Positions 55,301 to 62,825 of a stretch of 64,000 nucleotides of DNA are shown piece after piece (the first letter of the stretch is position 1; each line of letters starts with the position of its first letter). Source of the DNA: an uncultured Omnitrophica bacterium. GTDB lineage: Bacteria > Omnitrophota > Gorgyraeia > JACQQV01. The notes below the pieces were generated by a model. The model saw nothing but the letters and a program-made list of their open reading frames with translations, was not told the origin of the DNA and searched no databases. Both the position numbers and the translations under genes were made by a program. The stretch is from contig CAMTXH010000011.1 in NCBI GenBank assembly GCA_947085655.1, positions 1,515-65,514 on the forward strand, in the 5' to 3' direction.

Positions 55301-55852
55301 GCCCTTTTGGAGGGAGGGAAGCGGCGCCTGCGCCCCGTCTTGATGACGAGTCTCACCACGATCGTCGGCCTTGTGCCTCTTGCCTTCGGGGGCGGCAGGG
55401 GATCGGAACTCCGGAGTCCCATGGCCCTCACCGTCATGTCGGGATTGACCGTATCGACTTTTCTGACACTGGGAGTCCTTCCGGCTATCTTTGTCAGCGG
55501 CGAACATGTCTTTGAACGTCTCCGGGAGGTATCTGTCCGCTTTCCGGTGTTCGGCTTCCTCCGGAAAGAAGAACCCGCTGTCCTGGCGCCAGCAACCGTA
55601 CCGGCGATGGGTGAGGTTGTTACCCCGCCGGAAATTCCCTCCGCACAACCGTCGTTTCTGACGCGGCGGCAGGGGGAAGCGCTCGACTATATCCGTCAAA
55701 CCGGGCGGATCAGCCGGAAGGCGTATGCGGAGCATTTCCAGATTTCAATCCCGACGGCGGCCCGTGATCTGAAGGAACTGGTTCAGAAGGGTTACCTCAA
55801 AGGGATCGGTCCCCTGGGTCCCGGCCGCTGGTACGTCCCGACAGGGAAATAA
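52358..55852 (+). CDS. AcrB/AcrD/AcrF-family RND permease with a C-terminal winged-HTH domain
   Basis: SVRRPV, GMMVDTGIVV and RLRPVLMT, then a Pro/Ala linker and LTRRQGEALDYIRQTGRISRKAYAEHFQISIPTAARDLKELVQKGYL...G..RWY. Confidence 0.93.
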   Translation: MSLASFSVRRPVTVFMFYLGLILLGTISWFKLPQELFPPITYPQLSVISRYENAAPEEIESLITKIIEEAVGTAQNSRRVTSTSREGLSIVTVEFNWGTNMDVASLNVREKIDLVKERLPRDAKEPVVVKYNPFELPVMILSVSGEVPANELLEISRRVIKDEIEKLEGVASANISGGLDREIAVDVNAARLEAAGVPLNDVVQAVANANLNFPAGTIKESFYEFLIRTIGEFERIHEIDDIVVKVTEPERLKQQEEAFRKAVGEPPLHPEDLGRPVRIKDIAVVRDTLKERTSYSRYNGEENVSISIQKQAQANTLSVAKSIKKVTLSLKPILERRGITMNVVYDKSQFIRDAIDGLRDDSIQGGFLAFLILFLFLGDIWSALIVATLIPICIWTTFSLMYFGNLTINLMSLGGLALGVGMMVDTGIVVIDNIFQYRQQGKLAHEAAFRGTEEVGSAIAGSVLTTVAVFLPLVYVTGIAGQLFRELALTVTFSLMASLVVALSLMPALARYAGGRPEGRRTRPTLFATIQQWFPAFVTKVETWYQDVLRGILERRRTFMLLTLFMFFVSLIILGTRDREFLPKVDQGQFIMKMDLKSGARLDITNRVAGEVEGLLFTLPELDNVTVNVGSSRESSQGEEIETLGSHQAQFVVNLKEERERTTTEVVQFLKTVIDRMELEGAEVEYVVQGTVFASAIEQGEPIVIEVKGHDLHTLERLATELHASLSHITGTFGVKTSQSEPSPETKVHVLKDRAALHNLSVTSIAQTAQIAVKGVVATKFKEGGREIDVRVRLRPEDRKNFEKLRRIPLQTPLKQIVPISEVAYFAKGLGPSEIKRLNQSRVILVLSNFAGRGFSAIAKDIQTAIDRLKMPAGFTVRLTGEKERVSESFQSLRFALILSLALVYMIMAAEFESLWKPFVIFLTVPMSLIGVAIGLFAMGLSVNALVLLGVILLGGIVVDNGIVLIEAVNLLQKEGLPLEEALLEGGKRRLRPVLMTSLTTIVGLVPLAFGGGRGSELRSPMALTVMSGLTVSTFLTLGVLPAIFVSGEHVFERLREVSVRFPVFGFLRKEEPAVLAPATVPAMGEVVTPPEIPSAQPSFLTRRQGEALDYIRQTGRISRKAYAEHFQISIPTAARDLKELVQKGYLKGIGPLGPGRWYVPTGK

Positions 55853-58800
55853 TGGACCTTTCCGAATTCTCCATCCGCCGTCCAGTCACCATCTTCATGT
55901 GCGTCATCGGCGCCTTGGTTCTCGGTGCCATCGCCCTCCAACGTCTCCCGGTTGAACTCCTTCCGAATATCAGTTTCGAGGACATCACCATTTTTACCGA
56001 GGTCCGAGGAGGGATTCCTCCCGGCGAAGTCGAGAGTCAGGTGACCCGCCCGATCGAAGAGGCGATGGCTTCTGTGACCAATCTGGAAAATCTTCTGGCT
56101 ATCTCCAAGGAAGGGGAATCGCGTATCGTGATGAGTTTCGAGCCGGGGACCGACATGGATTATGCGGTGCTGGAGGTGCGGGAGCAGTTTGAGAAGGTGA
56201 AAGACAAACTCCCCTCCGAAGTCGAGAAACCGGTGATTGCCAAATACGATCAGGCGGATGTGCCGATTATTACACTCGCCATCTCAAGCCCCAACAAAAC
56301 CACCGAGGAGGTCCGGAAAATTGTCGATGAAAAAATCAAAGAGCGCTTCCAGCGGCTTCCCGGCATCGCCAATGTGGAGGTGGTCGGTGGGAGGGAGCGG
56401 AAGATCCTGGTGGAACTCGACCAGAAGCGGCTCCAGGCCTACGGCATTCCGATTCAGCAGGTTGTTTATATCCTCGGAGCGAACAACCTGAATCTCCTTT
56501 CCGGGGAACTGGAGGGGAGAAAAGAGAAATTCCTGGTCCGGACGATGGGGGAATACCGGTCGATCGAGGATATTCAGAATATCGGCGTGACCGCAACACC
56601 GCAGGGGGTCATTATCCGTCTTGAGGATATCGCCCGAATCGAGGATTCCTATCTGGAGCCGGAAGGGTATGCCCGGATTGATGCCAAGCCGGTGGTTGCG
56701 CTTTACATCCAGCGGGAGACGACAGCCAACATCATCAGCGTTTCCCTGGCGGTGCAGGAGGAGCTGAAGAAGATCCGAAAGACGTTGGGGGAAGAGGTGA
56801 TCCTTTTCCCGGTGAAAAACGAGGCGGAATTCATCCAGAAAATGATCGACGTCGTGATGAACTCCCTTGTGAGCGGCGCGATGCTTGCGGTTTTGGTGCT
56901 CATCATCTTTTTACGAAGCGAGCGCCCCGTTTTCATCATTTCCCTGACGATTCCGATCTCGGTCATTACCACTTTCTTCCTGATGATGCTCCCCGGCCTC
57001 ACGCTGAACATGATGACCCTCTTCGGCCTTGCCCTCGGGATCGGGATGCTGGTGGATAACACCATCGTGGTACTGGACAATGTGGAGGTCTATCGGCAGC
57101 GCGGGGTGGCTCTCCGGGAGGCGGCCGAAAAGGGGGCGGGGGAGATGGCCATCGCCATCATCGCCTCCACCATTACCACCGTGGTTGTTTTTCTCCCGGT
57201 GATTTTTGCAAACGAAGAAATCAAACTCCTCTATCAGGGGGTCGGATACACGATCGCCTTCAGTCTGATTGTGTCCCTGATTGTGGCATTGACGCTTGTC
57301 CCCCTCTTGATTGCCCGGCTCGGCTTTTCCCGGAACCCCGCCATTATGGTGGCGCTTCTCGTCGCCTCGTGCGGACTGATTGTGTATTTGACGCGTCCTT
57401 TTTCAGTTCTCTGGGTGTATCTCGCCACCTTTCTCTTTGTCACCGCCATCACGTTTTCGTATGAGGACCGTTATCGAAAGTGGATCCCCTTTTTTTTTAA
57501 ACGGTTCCAGACACTCATCCTTTTTCTCCTCGGCTGTTCGTTTGCCTTCTTTGTTTTATTTCTTTTGATTTCCGCCCGATTTTTTGACCAGGGGGATGTC
57601 GGGTTTGTGTATGACCGCGCCCAGGAATTTTTTTTCCGGTACCGTCCGCTCACCGTCACCCTCCTTTTCTCCATTGCGATGATCGGGGTTCTCTTTTACC
57701 GGCCGTTAAGCCGGCTTGCAGTCCGGAGGCGGTATCTTTGTGTGTTGTTGTCATTGGCTCTTTTTGCGTTAAGTCTTTTCATCGCCATTTTCAAGATTGA
57801 TAAGGAATTCCTCCAGACCACCGAGGAAAACGATTTCACGATTTTTATCGAACTTCCGACCGGCGCCAAACTCGATATCTCCGATAAAATTGTTGCAAAG
57901 GTTGAGGAGATTCTCAAAGCGATGAAAGAAGTGAAGACCTTTCAGTCCCGCGTGGAGAAATGGTCCTCCAAGATCTACGTGACTTTGGTTCCGATGGACG
58001 AGCGCGATAAAACCAACGCTGAAATCATCGAACAACTCCGTCCCCAGGTGGAGGATATCGAACCGGCCTTCATTTATTTTGAGGAGCCGTGGCAGGTCGG
58101 CACCCAGGAGGTCATCGTCGATATCTACGGACACGATTACGAAATCTTGGAGGACCTGGCGAAAACCATCTTTACCCACCTCGATTCCATTCCGGGCCTG
58201 ACGGATGCCAAGATCCGGCACCGGGAGGGGCGACCCGAGATCCGTGTGGTGGTGGACAAGCAGCGGGCTTCCTTTTTTGAACTCGACGTGGCGGAAGTGG
58301 CGGAGGTGGTCCATGCGCAGATGCGGGGACTCGTGGCAACCCGCTATCACACCGAGGCGAAGGAGGTGGAGACGATTGCGCGGCTCGATGAGAAATACCG
58401 GAAGAATTTGAACGACTTGAGACGGCTGACCCTGACCACCCCGAAGGGGGAGCCGGTCTTCCTTGAACAGATTGCCTCCTTCATCTTCGACCTGGGGCCG
58501 AGCGAGATCTGGCGGAAAAACAAGGCCCGGATGATCCAGGTCAGCGCCAACAAGGGGGAAGTCTCTTTGAGCAGGGCGATTGCCCTGATCCGGGAGCGGA
58601 TGGATGAAGTGGAATTCCCAAAGGATTACCATTACCGGTTCGGCGGGAATTATGACCGGATGGTTGATAACCAGACCCAGATGATCATCGGGCTCTGTTT
58701 GAGTCTGGTGCTGGTTTATCTGGTCCTCGCCTCCCTTTTCGAATCGTTTTTGCAGCCGTTTCTGATCATGATGTCGGTTCCGCAGGTGGCGACCGGCGTG

Positions 58801-59202
58801 GTGGCCGCACTGATTCTCACGAAGACTCCTATCAGCATCGGAGTCTATATCGCCGCCTGGCTTTTGGGCGGGATTGTGGTGAATAATGCGATTATCCTCA
58901 TCGATTCGCTGAACCGGTACCGGGAAAAGAACATAGGGGTTCTCCGGTCGGTTTTTCGGGTGGCGGAAGCGCGCCTCCGTCCTATTCTCATGACCACCGT
59001 AACGACCCTGATGGGACTTTTGCCTCTCAGCCTCTACCGCGGGGAGGGGGCGACGCTCCTTTCTCCAACGGCGGTGGTCCTTTTCGGGGGGCTTTCGACT
59101 TCCGCAGTCTTCACCCTCTTCATCGTTCCCTGCATGTATGTGATTTTTGAAGACATCCGGAAATTTTCACTGAGGCTGCGTCACCCCCCTGACTTGCGGT
59201 AA
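55852..59202 (+). CDS. AcrB-family RND permease with a hydrophobic insertion between the two repeats
   Basis: SIRRPV, GMLVDNTIVV, GIVVNNAI and RLRPILMT. About 125 aa of mostly hydrophobic sequence follows TM6. Confidence 0.93.
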   Translation: MDLSEFSIRRPVTIFMCVIGALVLGAIALQRLPVELLPNISFEDITIFTEVRGGIPPGEVESQVTRPIEEAMASVTNLENLLAISKEGESRIVMSFEPGTDMDYAVLEVREQFEKVKDKLPSEVEKPVIAKYDQADVPIITLAISSPNKTTEEVRKIVDEKIKERFQRLPGIANVEVVGGRERKILVELDQKRLQAYGIPIQQVVYILGANNLNLLSGELEGRKEKFLVRTMGEYRSIEDIQNIGVTATPQGVIIRLEDIARIEDSYLEPEGYARIDAKPVVALYIQRETTANIISVSLAVQEELKKIRKTLGEEVILFPVKNEAEFIQKMIDVVMNSLVSGAMLAVLVLIIFLRSERPVFIISLTIPISVITTFFLMMLPGLTLNMMTLFGLALGIGMLVDNTIVVLDNVEVYRQRGVALREAAEKGAGEMAIAIIASTITTVVVFLPVIFANEEIKLLYQGVGYTIAFSLIVSLIVALTLVPLLIARLGFSRNPAIMVALLVASCGLIVYLTRPFSVLWVYLATFLFVTAITFSYEDRYRKWIPFFFKRFQTLILFLLGCSFAFFVLFLLISARFFDQGDVGFVYDRAQEFFFRYRPLTVTLLFSIAMIGVLFYRPLSRLAVRRRYLCVLLSLALFALSLFIAIFKIDKEFLQTTEENDFTIFIELPTGAKLDISDKIVAKVEEILKAMKEVKTFQSRVEKWSSKIYVTLVPMDERDKTNAEIIEQLRPQVEDIEPAFIYFEEPWQVGTQEVIVDIYGHDYEILEDLAKTIFTHLDSIPGLTDAKIRHREGRPEIRVVVDKQRASFFELDVAEVAEVVHAQMRGLVATRYHTEAKEVETIARLDEKYRKNLNDLRRLTLTTPKGEPVFLEQIASFIFDLGPSEIWRKNKARMIQVSANKGEVSLSRAIALIRERMDEVEFPKDYHYRFGGNYDRMVDNQTQMIIGLCLSLVLVYLVLASLFESFLQPFLIMMSVPQVATGVVAALILTKTPISIGVYIAAWLLGGIVVNNAIILIDSLNRYREKNIGVLRSVFRVAEARLRPILMTTVTTLMGLLPLSLYRGEGATLLSPTAVVLFGGLSTSAVFTLFIVPCMYVIFEDIRKFSLRLRHPPDLR

Positions 59203-59233
59203 CTTCCCGTCAGGGCAGGTGTTTCATAACGAG

Positions 59234-59262
59234 TTGCGGGATCGTTTGGTTTTTGATAAGAT
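59234..59262 (+). promoter_or_regulatory. Possible internal promoter for the coiled-coil gene
   Basis: TTGCGG-17 nt-TAAGAT with an extended -10 TG. Confidence 0.4.
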
Positions 59263-59281
59263 AAAGAATGAGGTGGCAATA

Positions 59282-60523
59282 TTGAAGATCCGTCCTGAAA
59301 CGCGGTGGATCCTCATCACTCTTCTCGTCTTCGGCTCCGCGAGTTTGTTCAGTTCCCTCTGGGTATTCCGAGAACGGGCAAGGGCACACCGCGCCTTCGT
59401 CGAACGGGAAGATTCCCTCCTCAGAACCGTCGCCTCCCTCAAAGAAGAACTCTCCGAAGCGAAAGCCAAAGGACTCGAACTGGAGGCCAAACTTGTAGAA
59501 CTCCGGGAGACCCTTGACCGGAGGGTCCGCGAAGTGGAATCTCTCGAGGCCAAATATCAACTTGTTGTCAGGGACAAAGAAACCTTGAAGGCGGAGACGA
59601 TGAAGCACCGGGATGAGAAGTTGGCGCTGGAGGAGAAGGTCCGGCAGCTCTATGCCAGTCCTTTTTTGGTAAAGTTGATTTCCGAAAAAAAAGGTTTTGA
59701 GGCGGATGTGGAGGGGCTGAAACGGACGGTTGAAGAAAGCCGCGATGAGTTGGTCCGGATCACGGAAGAACGGAATGCCCTGGAATCAAGGATCGAAGAG
59801 ATTCAAGCGGCCAAGGTGCAGCTTGAGGATCGGCTGCAAAAGGAGCAGGGAAAGATTACGACGATGACGGAGGCGCTGGACAAAGAGAGGGCGGGGCGCC
59901 TCTCGGTGGCGGAGAGTCTGAGCGAAAACTTTTCACGGGTCAAACGGGAAAAGGAAGCGCTTCAGTCAGAACTTTCCCGCGTGACGCAGGAGAAGATTGA
60001 ACTGGAGCAGGAGATGGACCAGGTCCGCGACCGGGTGCAGGAGATTAACCAGAAACGGGACGAACTGGCCACCCAGGTGAAGGAGATTAACCAGGTTCTT
60101 GAGACCCGGCTTCGGGAGATCAACCAGATCCGGGAGACGTACGAAAAAACGATTGACGAGACGCGCCAGATTGTCCGGGTGGAACGGGATGTGGTGGAAC
60201 TCCCCCCCATTGTCGTCAAAGGAAGCTCTCCGCCCCCGGAAAGCACACCGGAGACGTCGACTCTGGCAGTTTCAAAAGAACCGGTGATCGGTGAGGCGAA
60301 AAATGGGAAGATCGTCGTCGTGAACCGGCAGCATAACTTTGTTGTGATTGACCTTGGGCGGGATAGCGGCATAGAGGAGGGAATGCGCTTTCATGTTTTT
60401 CGGGACGGGCAGGAACTTGGTCTTCTGAAGGTGACGGAAGTCCGCCAGAAGATTTCCGCCTGTGATGTGGTCAAACAGATCCCTCCGCACCAACTGGCCG
60501 AAGGCGACCTCGTCATTTATTAG
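59282..60523 (+). CDS. Membrane-anchored long coiled-coil protein with a C-terminal FlgT_C-like beta domain
   Basis: TTG start with a GAGGTG RBS, one TM helix, ~280 aa of heptad-rich sequence, a Pro/Ser linker, then GKIVVVNRQHNFVVIDLGRDSGIEEGMRF...SACDVV. Confidence 0.8.
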   Translation: MKIRPETRWILITLLVFGSASLFSSLWVFRERARAHRAFVEREDSLLRTVASLKEELSEAKAKGLELEAKLVELRETLDRRVREVESLEAKYQLVVRDKETLKAETMKHRDEKLALEEKVRQLYASPFLVKLISEKKGFEADVEGLKRTVEESRDELVRITEERNALESRIEEIQAAKVQLEDRLQKEQGKITTMTEALDKERAGRLSVAESLSENFSRVKREKEALQSELSRVTQEKIELEQEMDQVRDRVQEINQKRDELATQVKEINQVLETRLREINQIRETYEKTIDETRQIVRVERDVVELPPIVVKGSSPPPESTPETSTLAVSKEPVIGEAKNGKIVVVNRQHNFVVIDLGRDSGIEEGMRFHVFRDGQELGLLKVTEVRQKISACDVVKQIPPHQLAEGDLVIY

Positions 60524-60623
60524 GGACGTTTCTAGTTCTGGCCCTAATCTGGCCCCAATGTGTCCCCTGTCTTCGTTTTTAAACAAAAGGGACAGGTCGG
60601 GGCCAAGTGTAGAAACGTCCCTA
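60521..60623. repeat. GGGACGTTTC-family element, copy 3 (cleanest, MITE/REPIN-like)
   Basis: Perfect 14-bp terminal inverted repeats TAGGGACGTTTCTA / TAGAAACGTCCCTA, with inner TGGCCCC/GGGGCCA and TGTCCC/GGGACA arms. Confidence 0.88.
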
Positions 60624-60667
60624 AATGTTGGGGAAATTGTTGACCTGGAGATAGAGGAGCGTTGACA

Positions 60668-61825
60668 ATGCGGCGGGTCGTGGTGACCGGCATAGGGGTG
60701 GTGGCCCCAAATGGGGTCGGGTTAAAGCAGTTTTCCGAAGCCCTCCGTTCCGGGCGCTCCGCCATCCGTTCCCTTTCCCGATTTTCCCATCCTGATTTCT
60801 CCCGATTTTTGGCTGCTGAAATCCCCCCCGGCATCTTTTCCCTGAACGGCCTTGACCGCTCCATCGTCTATGGATTAAAAGCGGTGGAGGAGGCCCTTCA
60901 GGAAAGCGCTTTTCCAGTCTCCTCCCTCCCGCCGGAAGAAGTAGGAGTGGTCTTCTCATCCAGCAAGGGAGGGATGTCGTGCGTGGAGAAAGCGCTCTCA
61001 CCGACTTTAATGGAACAATTTCCGACTTCGAGTGTTTCTTCGGAAATCCTCAGGCACTATCCGTTTCGGGGACCTGCCTTGAATTGGGTTGCGGCCTGCG
61101 CCACCGGAACGCATGCGCTCATCCGCGCCTTTCAGTTGATTCAAGACGGATACGCTTCTTTTGTGATTGCCGGCTCAAGCGATGCCTCCATTACCCCACT
61201 CCTTCTATCCGGCTACGCCCAGATGGGGGCCTTAAGCCACGAAGGGATGTTTCCGTTTGACCGGCGCAGGAGCGGTTTTGTCGTCGGAGAAGGGGCGGCC
61301 GCGTTTGTTCTTGAGGAAAGAAAAGGGGCACTCAAGCGGGGTGCACCGATTTACGGAGAGATGGCCGGTTATGCCATGGGTCAGGACCCATCCCATCCGC
61401 TCCGGTTTAACGAAAAGGACGATACATTGGCTCGTGTGTTACGGAACGCCCTTGAGCGGTCGGGTGTTGCGCCGGAGAAAATTGACTACGTGAATGCGCA
61501 CGGAACGGCGACTGTGGCAGGCGACCGTTATGAGACAAAGCAACTGAAACAGGCTTTCGGAAATGTGGTCTATCAGATTCCAATCAGTTCCACCAAATCG
61601 ATGACTGGACATCTCCTCGGTGCAGCCGGGTCGGTGGAACTTGCCGCAACGTTTTTGGCAATGGAACAGAATTTTATTCCACCAACCATTGGTCTTTCCG
61701 AAAAGGATCCGGCGTGTGATTTGGATTATGTACCGAATGAGGCAAGGCAAAAGCCGGTCCGAACGGCTCTTTCGGTTTCGATGGGATTCGGCGGACATAT
61801 TGGCGTCATTGTTGTGAAAAAATAG
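60668..61825 (+). CDS. FabF-like beta-ketoacyl-ACP synthase (divergent, in the biotin cluster)
   Basis: RRVVVTGIG and a Cys-His-His triad (AACATG, NAHGT, GHLLGAAG), with SMGFGG at the C-terminus. Confidence 0.88.
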   Translation: MRRVVVTGIGVVAPNGVGLKQFSEALRSGRSAIRSLSRFSHPDFSRFLAAEIPPGIFSLNGLDRSIVYGLKAVEEALQESAFPVSSLPPEEVGVVFSSSKGGMSCVEKALSPTLMEQFPTSSVSSEILRHYPFRGPALNWVAACATGTHALIRAFQLIQDGYASFVIAGSSDASITPLLLSGYAQMGALSHEGMFPFDRRRSGFVVGEGAAAFVLEERKGALKRGAPIYGEMAGYAMGQDPSHPLRFNEKDDTLARVLRNALERSGVAPEKIDYVNAHGTATVAGDRYETKQLKQAFGNVVYQIPISSTKSMTGHLLGAAGSVELAATFLAMEQNFIPPTIGLSEKDPACDLDYVPNEARQKPVRTALSVSMGFGGHIGVIVVKK

Positions 61826-61841
61826 AAAAAAAGGAGGAAAA

Positions 61842-62825
61842 ATGGAACGGCTCAATATTGCCATTCTCGGAGCGGGCGGACTCGGGAAAAACGCCGCCAA
61901 GATGATCGGAATGAAGAAAGAATTCCGGCTTGTCGGACTCTGCGACAGCCGCGGATTTGCCTTTCAAGCCAAGGGATTGGATACGGAGCGGGTCGCGAAG
62001 GCTCCGGAGGGAAGCACCGTCGGAGAACTTTCTTTCGGCAAACTCTCCAAAGACCCTATCGGGGAACTCTTGAAGCATAAAGACAACATCGACGCAATAT
62101 TTGTAGCACTTCCGAATCTTCCAAATGATTTTATTCCGAAGGTTACCCGCCGAATTTTCACCGAGGGATACGAAGGCGTCTTGGTGGATGTCCTCAAACG
62201 GACCTCCGCGGTGGAGATGCTCTTGAAACTGGACCGGATCGCCAAACGAAAAAAGGCAGTGTATCTCACCGGATGCGGAGCCACCCCCGGACTCCTTTCG
62301 GCGGCGGCGGTCCTTGCGGCGCAATCCTTCACGGAAGTGGAGCATGTGGATATTTACTGGGGGGTCGGGATTCCCAGTTGGGAGGAATACCGCGCCACGA
62401 TCCGGGAGGATATTGCGCATCTCCCAGGTTTCACCGTGAAAAAGGCAAGCGCCCTTTCGGATGAAGAGGTGAACACCCTCCTTGCCGAGCGGGACTGGAA
62501 ACTGGAATTGAAAGAAATGGAACATGCGGATGACATTCTGCTTGAGCGGGTGGGGGTGGTGAAAAAAAGGAGCCAGGTTACGGTGGGCGGGGTGATGGAC
62601 ACCCATTCCGACAAAAAGCCGGTTTCCACCACCATGACGCTGACCGGGACAACGTTCGAGGGAAAACGCTCAAGCCACCGGTTTATCCTCGGCGATGAGA
62701 CAACGATGCCCTGTAACGTGATCGGCCCGGCCCTCGGGTATCTGAAACGGGCGCACTGGCTCAAGAGTCATGGGATCTACGGGATCTTCGGCTCCACCGA
62801 GTTCATGCCGATGGTTGTGCAGTGA
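61842..62825 (+). CDS. bioU: BioU (saccharopine-dehydrogenase-like suicide enzyme that replaces BioA)
   Basis: Rossmann GAGGLG, ALPNLPN, conserved-Lys motif DVLKRT, TGCGATPGLL, YRATIREDIAH and MEHADD. Directly upstream of bioF. Confidence 0.85.
   Translation: MERLNIAILGAGGLGKNAAKMIGMKKEFRLVGLCDSRGFAFQAKGLDTERVAKAPEGSTVGELSFGKLSKDPIGELLKHKDNIDAIFVALPNLPNDFIPKVTRRIFTEGYEGVLVDVLKRTSAVEMLLKLDRIAKRKKAVYLTGCGATPGLLSAAAVLAAQSFTEVEHVDIYWGVGIPSWEEYRATIREDIAHLPGFTVKKASALSDEEVNTLLAERDWKLELKEMEHADDILLERVGVVKKRSQVTVGGVMDTHSDKKPVSTTMTLTGTTFEGKRSSHRFILGDETTMPCNVIGPALGYLKRAHWLKSHGIYGIFGSTEFMPMVVQ

Noticed and set aside
43353-55735. Long antisense ORFs (43353-44936, 52133-53953, 54521-55735, and likewise 32501-34003, 34451-36193, 18473-19720)
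   Set aside because: They are shadows of well-supported plus-strand genes in GC-rich DNA, with no motifs of their own.
60035-60130. Three GAGAT[TC]AACCAG (EINQ) repeats in the coiled-coil gene
   Set aside because: Short, in frame and consistent with coiled-coil periodicity, so not an array.
59282-60523. SMC or chromosome-segregation ATPase call for the coiled-coil protein
   Set aside because: No Walker motifs or hinge, and it has an N-terminal TM helix.
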